Shown here: one piece after another, positions 1-10,068 of the stretch
Layout of the letters: the number at the start of each line of letters is the position of its first letter
Numbering within the stretch: the first letter of the stretch is position 1
NCBI RefSeq assembly: GCF_036971445.1
Contig: NC_091469.1
Coordinates: 348,874,001 to 348,938,000 of the forward strand
Direction: 5' to 3'
Source: Narcine bancroftii
Taxonomy: Eukaryota
DNA: 64,000 nucleotides
The notes under the pieces: model-generated
Database searches by the model: none
What the model saw: only the letters and a program-made list of their open reading frames with translations
What the model was told of the DNA's origin: nothing
Made by a program: the position numbers and the translations under genes

Positions 1-117
1 CATTGCAACCGTGTCTGCCTGTCCCGCATCGGACTTGTCAGCCACAAACGAGCCTGCAGCTGACGTGGACATTACCCCTCCATAAATCTTCGACCGCGAA
101 GCCAAGCCAAAGAAGAC
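1..117 (+). mobile_element. RTE-clade LINE 3' end (truncated by window edge)
   Basis: Encodes the C-terminal zinc-finger-like CNRVCLSRIGLVSHKRACS*, then a 3' UTR ending ccataaatcttcgaccgcgaagccaagccaaagaaga. Roughly 90% identical to 50404-50516. Confidence 0.85.
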
Positions 118-1534
118 ATTGCTTAGGTCTTTTGATCTTCCCTTCAGTTAGTGACATTGATTACAAATTCATTGGCAACAACTGAAGGATCCAGTAAATG
201 ACTCACTGATAATTTATTTACACTACACTGCTCTGATAAACTTCTGGTAGTTGCCATTATCCATGAAGTTGTCATCTATGAATTTGAAAAGCCACAAAGG
301 TTAAATACTGACAATTGGATTAAAGAAATAATGACATCCAGCAAGTTTTTTTTTGACAATGAACTTTTTGTGAAAGGTACCAGAATATTTTCATTTATTT
401 AGCTTTATTTTGACCACCTCCCATCTTGTGTTACTGATTTTCTGCTCCTTCCTGTAGCAGCTTGTTGAATCACTGCCGAAGAGTTACAAATCCTGCAATT
501 TGAAGGAGAAGTAAGAGCCTGCCTGAGGTGAAATGATATCTCAGTGTAGAGCTCAACATAGTCTGGTTAAACCTGCCAGATATGTTTCACAATTCAGGCC
601 AGGATTGATGTCCACTGAAAAACTAATGCCTGCAGCAAAACAGAATCCCTGACCAATTTTACACCACTTTACTTTTGAACTGTGATATGTCCAGGCGGAC
701 ACAAGATGGAGCTCTTCAATAATAGACCCCTTCAAACCAAAAACAAATCAACTGAAATGAAACGTTCTCTGACAATTTATGAGGAATAACTGAACAATTC
801 TGACAACTAATTAATGGGAGATGTTTTTATTTGTTCTAAAATTTGTAAGGAGAATGCAATGAAATAGTTAAATTCAAAGTGATTTCTTCCACTGTTCAGA
901 ACTAAATAACAGAGTATAAAGCTACATGCAGTTCTTCAAGGAATAGATGCAATGTGAAATGATTAATGGCAGTTCTATGGTCAAAATGCATTGCATCCTC
1001 TTGGGGATTACAATAAGACAACTCCTGAAGGGAAGGCGATGGAGCTATGAAAGTATTTTAACTGCGGAGGAAATGTTTAGAGTGTCTTTCAGCCACAGCA
1101 GGGTGTGCTTTCATTATTTCTTTATGTCATGTGCAAATTCTCAACAATTTTGTTTTGAGGTGTCAGAAATGCATCATTAGTTAATCGTCATGCCAATGCT
1201 GTGCCCCTTCCGCAGCCCTGTACCATTGTGCTGTGTTCTCTAATTCTTGTTGACTTTCTTTGTCTTCCCAATGTCTCTATCTTCGTAGATTAAAATACTC
1301 AAAATGTACAAAATTTCACAACTGAAGAGGATAAGCCAGATGCAGGAACAAGGGAAATCAATGGATACCCTCACATGTTGAAAACAATTTGAGCCTATTA
1401 ATCACTAGCTTCCCTAGAGTTCTCATCCACCCATTCTTCACAACACCATTTTAAAAGGTCTGTTTCTTACCAGATCTGAAGAATGAAGTTGAAATGAATA
1501 TTATAGTTTGTGAGTGACATGACCTTACTCCAAG

Positions 1535-1770
1535 GGGTCACTGATAGCTTGGAGGAAAGTTGTCTCACTTATAACTGAGTCTCAAGGTTATGGATTCGCA
1601 GTGTGCAATGACACCAAAATGAGCACACAATAACCAATGCTGATGCTTCAATGCAATCCTCAGTCAGTGATGTTAAACATGCCTACTGCTTTCAGTGGCC
1701 AGTCTCTGTTATTCAGTGCTAGTATTTTATTCATATTGCCTCCTCTCAGTCTTGACCAAAATCTCGAAAG
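1535..1770 (+). mobile_element. Highly decayed Deu-domain (SacSINE1-like) SINE
   Basis: Motifs ctgagtctcaaggttatggattcgca...tgagcacac...gctgatgcttcaatgca...gatgttaaac resemble the reverse complement of the better copy at 16535-16735. Confidence 0.35.
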
Positions 1771-1810
1771 CTTAGCTGAGGGACTCAACAACTGAAAATT
1801 CTGTTATCTT

Positions 1811-1966
1811 GAGCAAACAATGAAAAGCTGGAGAGGTTCAGCAGGTCAGGCAATATCCGGAGGTTAGGCTTTAAAAAAGTGTCCCGACATGAAATATTGA
1901 CTGTTCATTTCTCTCCATGGTTGCTGTCTGACCTGTTGATTTCCCCCAGCTTCTCATTGTTTGCTC
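1811..1966. repeat. Palindromic pair of Penelope pLTR ends
   Basis: 1811-1862 (gagcaaacaatgaaaagctggagaggttcagcaggtcagg...) is an imperfect reverse complement of 1913-1966. Confidence 0.7.
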
Positions 1967-1980
1967 TCAATCGTTTAGGC

Positions 1981-2062
1981 CAGTGGTTTTCAAACCTTTT
2001 TCTTTCAACTCGCATACCATCTTAAGTAATCCTTACACCACAAGTGTTCTGTGATTAGTAAG
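1981..2062 (+). mobile_element. hAT-family MITE fragment
   Basis: Starts with the TIR cagtggttttcaaacc; same family as 32429-32768. Confidence 0.6.
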
Positions 2063-2269
2063 AAATAATTTGCATCATAAACTGAACATAATCTGCTGGA
2101 GGAACTCAGCAGTATCAGTGGGAAATAAAGTGAGAATGGTGTTTCAAGCCAAAACATTATCGAGATTGGTTAAATGAAATTAAAAAGCCTTTGCTAAAAG
2201 GACACGGTGGGAAAGGTGAATCAAAGGCACCATGTGAGATTGCTGAACCAGGTAGATGTGAAACATGGC

Positions 2270-2402
2270 AGAGAGAGGCAAGAAGGAGGAAGGGAGAAGA
2301 TAGAGAGAACAAGAACAAGAGAGAGAGAATAAGAGAGAGAGAGAGAGAGAGAGAGAACGTGAGAGAGAATGTGAGAGAGAGAAAACGTGAGAGAGAATGT
2401 GA
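2270..2402 (+). repeat. (GA)n-rich microsatellite running into an assembly gap
   Basis: Tandem gagaga/gtgagagagaa units directly visible. Confidence 0.95.
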
Positions 2403-2594
2403 NNNNNNNNNNNNNNNNNNNNNNNNNNNNNNNNNNNNNNNNNNNNNNNNNNNNNNNNNNNNNNNNNNNNNNNNNNNNNNNNNNNNNNNNNNNNNNNNNN
2501 NNNNNNNNNNNNNNNNNNNNNNNNNNNNNNNNNNNNNNNNNNNNNNNNNNNNNNNNNNNNNNNNNNNNNNNNNNNNNNNNNNNNNNNNNNNNNN
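2403..2594. other. Assembly gap (N run)
   Basis: N characters. Confidence 1.
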
Positions 2595-2737
2595 GATAAG
2601 TCATACAGGGTTAGAAAACAAAAGTGACCTGAGATGGAAGGTGAGAATGGTTGGAAAAAGGGAAAGAGTGTGGGAGATGGGGTGCAATCAAAGATGAGGA
2701 TGATAATATGTGGGGGCTGTAGTAAAGGCACAAAATA

Positions 2738-2875
2738 CTGGAGAAGGACTCAAGCCCGAAACATAGTTTATATATCTATTCCTTTGCCACGTAAAGGACA
2801 CTGTTTGACCTTCTGAGCTTCTCCAGCATTTTGGGTTTTTACTTCAATCACAGTGTCTACAGAACTTTATGATTT
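2738..2875 (+). mobile_element. Penelope pLTR remnant
   Basis: aaggactcaagcccgaaac...aaaggacactgtttgaccttctgagcttctccagcattt matches the 3' ends of the copies at 5290-5400 and 25745-25880. Confidence 0.75.
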
Positions 2876-3759
2876 ACATATGTGGGGGCTGGGTGATGAG
2901 AGGAGATGGGTAGAAAAGGGGACAAAAAAATGTACACCTCACTGCTTCCATTCTGTACTCTTTAACTGGCTTCCATACTACATTTAACCAGACTCAACAA
3001 AGGGTTTTGGACTGAAACATCAACCATTCTATTTCTCCATCTGATGCTCCTTGACCCAGTAAGTTCTTTTATCAGATTGTGCTTGGTTTCAGGTTCCTGA
3101 ACCTTGTCCACAGCCAAAGTAAGGCCCATTATAAACAAAAGGAAAAACACCTCATATTCTGCCTGAGCAGTCCACAGCCCAATTATATGAAAATACATTT
3201 TCTAATTTTAGGTAAAAGCTTCCCTCTCTCTTCTTAAGTATCCCTTCTGTTCTGCTCCCCTATTTTTGGTTCCCTCCTGCAGCCCCATCCAGCCCTGCAC
3301 CAAATCTTATCCCTCTCCTCTTTGGCTTCACTCCCCTCTTCCCCAACTCCTCTCTGGATTCTTCCATTCCCACCTCATCCCCAACCTCCTCCAACCTCGG
3401 TTCCATCTGATCTCCGCTTATACCAGCATTATTTATCACATTCCAGTTTAGGCAGCCTTAATTTTATACATTGTCAGGGCAGTTGTCACACAATTTCTCT
3501 TTGCATGCAATGTTTCATGTTTTAAGTAGTGATAAGAGACTTGAGGCTGAGTTATGTTCCATTATATTTTCTGTCACATGCTGCTGGTAAATTTGTTTCT
3601 TTAATGTGTAAAGCAGTGAATATTTTAAAATTAAAATATGAGCAACTTGTTGGACAGAATTCCAGATTTTTATTGACATGCATGACTGACAAGTGCTATA
3701 AAATTATTTCAAGCAGGTTATGTTGTAGAGCACCAATGCACACCAGTAACAGTTCCTGT

Positions 3760-4413
3760 ATATAAATAAGGGAATTATTATTAGGATGTTGTGTTTGCTT
3801 GAAACCTCTCCTTTACTTCTTCAAGGAAAACAAACCCAACCTTTCAAAAATCAGTTTATAGCTGAAATTCTCAATACCTCAGCAGCTGCTTCTGTGCAAT
3901 GTCATCCTTGCAACAGGTGAGAACTATTTATCTACCTGTTCAGATGCTTTCAGAAATCCTTGGGCCTTTACATTATGTTCTATGTGCAAGGGCCTCTCTT
4001 TGCTATAGAACTTCCCACTGTCCTAGTTTTCACCTATCCTAGCCTTGTTAGTCCTAAAATGCATCACTGCACAAATTTCATCCACTATTTCCGTGGCCAA
4101 CTTTTCAACTGATCAATATCAGTATACATTTCTCCATTTACATTAAATAAATGACTTCTGCATTAATACAAAAAAACAAATGGTCATCGCATACCTCCCA
4201 TCACCGAGCCAATTTTGAATCAATTTGCCAAGTTCTTTTGTATTCCTTTGGCCCTTAACTAATGAAGCAATTTTCCATATGGGACATCATGTCAGACCTT
4301 ATTGACACCGATGTAGGCTATATCAACCATTGTTCTCATTAATACATTAAATCAACTTTTCAAAATATTAAAATAAGTTAGATGGGAGATCTTCCTAACA
4401 TTGATTAATTCAT
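3760..4413 (-). mobile_element. Decayed CR1 LINE fragment (RT region)
   Basis: The minus strand resembles the CR1 RT region seen intact at 37305-38592. Interrupted at 4414 by a Penelope insertion. Confidence 0.55.
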
Positions 4414-5401
4414 CCCCTCCACCACTATCGACTCAAACCTCACCCGCATCTCCTCGGTTTCCCATTCCCTGATCTCTTCTACACCCAGTCGCAATCAATA
4501 TAGAATCCCCCTCATCCTCACCTATCACCCCACCAGCCTCTGTGTCCAATACATCATCTGTTGGAATTTCTGGCACTTACTACAGGATACCACCACTAGA
4601 TACATCTTGCCCGCTCGTCCCCTCTCAGCCTTTCACAGGGACCTCTCCCTCCATGATTTCCTCATACACTCATCTCTCCTCACCCATCGCATCTCTGGCA
4701 CCTTCCTCTGTGCTAGTAGGAGGTGCAACACTTGCGGCCACACCTCTTCCCTCACCACAGTCCAGGGCACCAAATAGGCCTTCCATTTTAAGCAACACTT
4801 GATCTGTACATCCAGAGGACTTACTTATTGCATCTGATGCACCCTTTGTGGTGTTCTCTACATTGAAAAGACCAGTCACAGATGGGGAGATCGCTTCACT
4901 TAGCACCTCCTCTCTATCCGCAAACACAGCAAACTCTCAGTGGCCAACCAGTTCAATTCTGGGTCACACTCCCACACTCACATGTCTGTCCATAGCCTTA
5001 TGTACCATTCGACCCTGACAAACCCATAGATTGGAGGAGCAACACCTTTTTTTCCATCTAGATACCCTTTAGCCAGATGGTATGAACACTGACTTCATTG
5101 CTTTCCATTAAACCTGCTTGATGTTTCTTCCTCTCCCCCATTTCCTGCCTTTCCAGTTCCCTACCTTTCCAAGGCCCCTTCCTCTTCAGTGCTGCTGTCC
5201 TCTCTCTCCCTTCTCCACCTATCATCTCCTGTCCTGCTACCCCTTTCCCCCTCCCCTCATTTATTTTGATGCTCACCGGCATTTTCTCATACTTTGATGA
5301 AGGGCTCAAGCCTGAAATGTCAGTTCTGTATCTCTGCCTTTGCTACATAAAAGACACTGTTTGACTTGCCGAGTCTCTCCAGCCTTTTGTGTTTTTACCT
5401 C
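4414..5401 (+). mobile_element. 5'-truncated Penelope-like element (GIY-YIG endonuclease remnant + pLTR)
   Basis: Decayed RIPLILTYHPTSL and YCI*CTLCGVLYIEKTSHRWGDRFT*HL (GIY-YIG region), then a pyrimidine tract and pLTR. Flanked by a 13-bp TSD-like repeat, ttgattaattcat (4401-4413) / ttgattaatccat (5402-5414). Confidence 0.85.
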
Positions 5402-5499
5402 TTGATTAATCCATGCATCTCTAAATTCTGATTCTCAGGTTTTTTTTTCCCCCCAAAATATTGCATTTACAATCATCAGAGTAGAATGGAAGAAAGAAT

Positions 5500-6900
5500 A
5501 TGGAATAGAGCTGCACAATATGGGCCCTTTGGCCTACAATGTTAAACCGACTTATGTTACCTCAACCAAATCCTTCCCAACCTCATAACCCACAACATTC
5601 AGATTCTCTTGCATCCATAAGTCTATTTAGGAGAACAGTAAAACCCTTGGTATCCGGCACCTATGGGGATTGGTAGATGCTGGATAAATGAATTTTCAGA
5701 TTGCTTGAGATTGCGTGTTGGGCGCAATAACAGCTAGGGGTGGCAATTTTACACTATTGCATTTTTTACCTATTTATTTTCTGTGGGTTTTTTTGCCAGT
5801 CGCTTGAGGCTGTCTGTTAATTAAATTCCAGTAATGGGGATTTTACTGTATTTTAGAAGTCCCTGTTGTACCAGCCTCTGACAATATCTATCATAGTCAA
5901 AAGAAAATTATGTCTAATGTCTCCCCTAAATTTCATCCACACTCATTAAACAGATGGTATTGTTACTGCAGATAAAGTTGTTTGGCCTTCCACCCTTTCT
6001 ATGCCTCTCCTAATCTTATATACCTCACATCTCATCCTCCTTTACTCCAAAGAGAAAATCCCTACCTCAGTCAACTTCGTTTCATAGGCATGCTTGCCAG
6101 GATATTGAGAGGTAATATCCTAATAAATCTCCTCTGCATCATCTCCAAAGTTTCCATATCCCTTCATATAATTAACCAATCAGAACTTTATTCAATAAAG
6201 TTTCTGCATTTGCAATTGTCATATCATCTGGTATCTTCTCTGTGACCAGAGTGATTGGAAAATTTCAGTCAGAACCCATCCATCTTTTCTTTTGTTTGCC
6301 ATAGCAGCAAGGGATACATCTCATTTGGCCCAGGGAATTAATTTCCCTTTCAGGCATTTAATGCCTTTTTCTTTTCAACAGCAACCTCAAATTTGTCCTT
6401 TTGCTCAAGGTCTTTTTCCAGCCCATAGTGAATACAAAAGTGAGGCATCTATTGTTGATTTTGTCTGAACTCTTCTGCTCCATATACAGGTTACTATTTT
6501 GGCCCTCATTTGTTCTACTCTTTCCCTGGTTTCTTTTTGCCCCTAATATGCTTATAGAATGCCTTGTGATTTTCCTTAACCTAGCCCACCATTGCTGCTT
6601 TGCATTTCTCTTTGGGCTACTAATTACATTATGTGTCCACCATTGCATATTTATACTTTTGGTGCTCTCCTGTGTTCAATTCCCTAAACCTGCATAAACT
6701 TGTACTTTCTTTTCCATATCCAACCCTTGTATCCATGACATCCAGGGTTCCTTTGCCTTGTCACCTTTCACCATAAGAATAGCCATGTCACTCTGAAATC
6801 TCACGGTTTCATTTTTAGACTCAACTGTAGATGGCAGCTCCCAGTCAACTTCCTTTCTCATTCACGTCTTTTCAAGTCGAAACCAGGCTCCCCGCAATTT
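5500..6900 (-). mobile_element. Decayed CR1 LINE fragments (3' end and endonuclease-linker region)
   Basis: CR1-like 3' tail at 5500-5635 and 5850-6200. Minus-strand ORFs 6358-6648 and 6676-6861 (KGDKAKEPWM) resemble the CR1 ORF2 linker. Confidence 0.6.
5636..5848. mobile_element. Tigger/pogo-like MITE inserted in CR1
   Basis: TIRs cagtaaaaccc ... gggattttactg; TA follows the right end. Confidence 0.75.
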
Positions 6901-7496
6901 AGAAACAAAAGAATGCAGATGCTGGAATCCAGAGCAAGGTTGGAAGGTTCTGTGTGTTTCAAATAGCATCTGCTTAGCCAAAGGGATGGTCGACATTTTG
7001 TGTCAAGGCCCTGATAATGAGAGAGTTTAAAAAAAGATAATTTTGTTTAAAATGATGCTGTCAGCACAGAGTCCTCAAAATCAACAGGAAAATTAACTGG
7101 GAAGGTAAGCAAGGCCAGATCCTGATTAGGGGAGTCTACCATGCCTTGAAATCTTTAGACCATAAAGGTATGTGACACGATGAGAAGAATTTGTTTATGG
7201 GGATATGTGAGATTGGTTCTGCTAACAATATAAGGCTTGTCTTTCAATTGTTACTTGTCAGTTTTAAGAGTTATAGCAGACTAATATATGTAGATTAGGA
7301 AAGAAGTGGCACCTTTAATGACATATGTGTGAACTTTGGACTTCTCCTTGGACTGGAATCGTGGTTGGTACCATGACCTCTGAAACTTTCCAGATCTTCT
7401 GACACAAACAGGAGTCCCTGATGAAGCGAAGTCCATGGGACTTGCTGATTATTGATTGTTATGCTGTGTCTTAGACTTGTTGTTTTGTTAAACTTT

Positions 7497-7715
7497 CTTA
7501 AAGGCATTTGTATAGATATATGGACTGTCCAGTCCAAACCTACCTGACCTTCCCTAACCTCTCCCTTGGCTCCTCCCCGGATTTCCCAATAAAGTTTGGC
7601 CTGCCTGCCTGTACCTGGAATTTGGTCAAATAGTGTATCAGAAATGCTCAGGTTTTTGGTAATTAAAATTATTTAATCACTCCATCATGTCGACGTGATT
7701 ATTGTGTGCGCCACA
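7497..7715 (+). mobile_element. Possible decayed Gypsy solo LTR
   Basis: Same motif order (tttgtata, ctcctcccc, ataaag, attattg) as the LTR at 50840-51071 and ends in CA. 5' TG and TSD are unclear. Confidence 0.35.
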
Positions 7716-8049
7716 CTTATTACATTTTTCATACGAATTACTGCACGCTAACAAAATAGTGTGTACAAAATAGATTCCTCATTGATCTGAATCCTTGAAA
7801 ATTTACTTATTTTATCTTGTACAACCCCAATCAGGATTGAGAATGAAGGGAGCAAATGTCTAACTATATAGGAGAGAGAGTGAGGCATGAGATAAAGGTT
7901 AGAAGCTGATAGGTGGAATCATATTTGGTGGTGTGTGGAATAATGGGCAGATGAAACCAAATTATGGAGGACAGAAAGAAATGTGGAGGCAGACACAGAT
8001 ATTTGAAAGGTAAAATCATATAAGAGAGAGATTACAGGTATTTGAAACA

Positions 8050-8460
8050 AGGGCTTTAATTTACAATTGATCCTTGTTCTTCTCCATAACACCTTTTACA
8101 CCAGACAGAGTTATTTTCCCTCTCTTCAAGAGGTTCTCCCAGTGGCACTCCATTTACTTGCCCGGTAACAGTTGCAATGATTAGGTTCAATTCAAACCTC
8201 TCCAGTAGGACACAGAACATGCTCCCCTGGACATATAATAAAAATTCCAACCCCTCAAAGCCTTTTCATGCTGAGGGAATTCCAGTTAATTTTGTGGAGT
8301 TTGAAATCCTCATCCGCTACTACTATATTTCTGCTGACTGTTGGGAGGCTTGTGCCAACCTGTAGTAGAGTAATTGCCCTCTTTTATTTTATAACTAATT
8401 TCCAATGTTTTGTCTCCATTTGAAGAACCAGTGGGATATCCTCCCTCTCCATTGCAGGAT
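8050..8460 (-). mobile_element. CR1 endonuclease-domain remnant
   Basis: ORF 8056-8250 (EFLLYVQGS...GQVNGVPLGE...NSV) resembles a decayed CR1 APE C-terminal motif. Confidence 0.55.
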
Positions 8461-9439
8461 AGTATTTTTTACATGGGTCTTTTAAAGTTTGCCAATTAAT
8501 TCTATCTTAATTGTAGAGAGGTCTGAAGTTATTTGACTGTAATCTCAGAAAACAAAATAATGTTCAAAATTTATGCATTTATGTTTTCATCTTGGAGGAT
8601 TTATTTCTCTGTAATGATTTAATTCAGAAAAGAGTACTATAATTCAAGTAAATTTTCAGTTAAATATATCATCTCATCATTTCTTGTATCTTTGCATTGC
8701 AAATTAAATAATCAATATTCTCACTAGGACTAAAGAATCCATATTTAAGAGATAAGGAAGCTGGGTTAATAAATTATCTTGCTTCCAACAAAGATTACAT
8801 ATCTTTCAGAGAAATGTCATTTATTTCTTGTAGGTGTATATTGATCATAATCAGCTTTCAGTCACAAATGCAAATAAGAGACAAAATGCTTGGCTTCTTG
8901 GATATAGTTTCCTCAGAGTTTCTGATTCAGACTTCAGGAAAGTTTGATCCACATTAAACCTAGCTGAGGCAATATTTTCTGAAATATCAAGAAGTTTACT
9001 GGATTTCATGATGAAAAGCACAGTAATTTAGTTTGTTGAATATCAAATCCTTCCAAGATATTTGGTAAAAAGCAGCAAATGCTAACAAGGCCAAGAGCAG
9101 AATTAGAGAGATGGCATTTGCCATTTGCTATCAGCACTGGGTAAAGTCAACAAATTCCCTTCAGACGATTGTATCAATGACATTAAGACAAAATGCAAAG
9201 TGTATCTGTCCATTGAAATCAGGAGGAATGACATCACGTACATTCACAACACAGGAGTTTGAAATATCGAAACTTCCTTCATGCATTTTGATGTAATTTT
9301 TTTCAGCCCAGCCATAAATCCTGATAAACTGTCACACTCCAGTTGAAATGCAAACACCTGAATCACTACCCAACGATGAATAATAATGCATGCAATCGAT
9401 AGATAAATTTTTAAATTAGAGCCAAGTGAAAGAAACATG

Positions 9440-10068
9440 AAAGTACACTATGGCACAGAAACAGCCCCTACGGTCCATCGTGTCTATGCTAAATTATTTA
9501 TTTGCCTAGTCCCATCAACCTGAACCCTGACAATAGCCCTTCATACCCCTCCCATCCACATACCTATCAAACCTCCTTAAATGTCAAAATCGAATCCACA
9601 TCCATCACCTCGGTTGGCAACTCATTCCAGACTCTCACCACCATTTGAGTGAAGATATTCCCCCTTAAAATTCCCATTAACCCTTAACCCATGTCCTCTA
9701 GTCCTTGTCTCTCACAACCTCAGTGGAGAAAGCCTGTTTGCATTTACCGTTTAAGTACCCTTAATAATTTTGTGTTCCTCTATCAAATATCACCTCATTC
9801 TCTGATGCTCCAGGAAACAAAGTCCTAAACTATTCAAACTTTCCCTATAACTCAGCTTATTCAAGTCCTAAAATCATCCTTGTAAATTTTCTCTGCACTT
9901 TTTCAAATTTCTTGATATCTTTCCTGTAGGTAAATGACCAAAACTGTCACAATACTCCAAAATTGATCCTCACCAACATCTTATACAACTTCACCATCAC
10001 ATTCCAACTCCTCTATTCAATGCTTTGAGTAATGAAGGTCAAATTACTAAGAGATCTCTTTATGACCC
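9440..10068 (-). mobile_element. CR1 LINE 3' part (host of the Gypsy insertion)
   Basis: Typical CR1 3' UTR and ORF2 end on the minus strand; joins seamlessly to 12692 once the Gypsy element and TSD are removed. Confidence 0.8.

Noticed and set aside
458-510. Possible 53-nt exon (pyrimidine tract + AG ... GTAAG; QLVESLPKSYKSCNLKE)
   Set aside because: No recognisable protein similarity or partner exons; such splice-like motifs arise by chance. Needs RNA-seq.
2180-2731. Long ORFs with RERERE or SLSLSL runs
   Set aside because: Artefacts of the (GA)n microsatellite and the N gap; the ORFs over 36969-37334 are likewise gap artefacts.
8834-8947. VYIDHNQ... resembling a Gypsy RNase H motif or an exon after tcttgtag
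   Set aside because: Only a 6-residue resemblance, ending in a stop; insufficient support.
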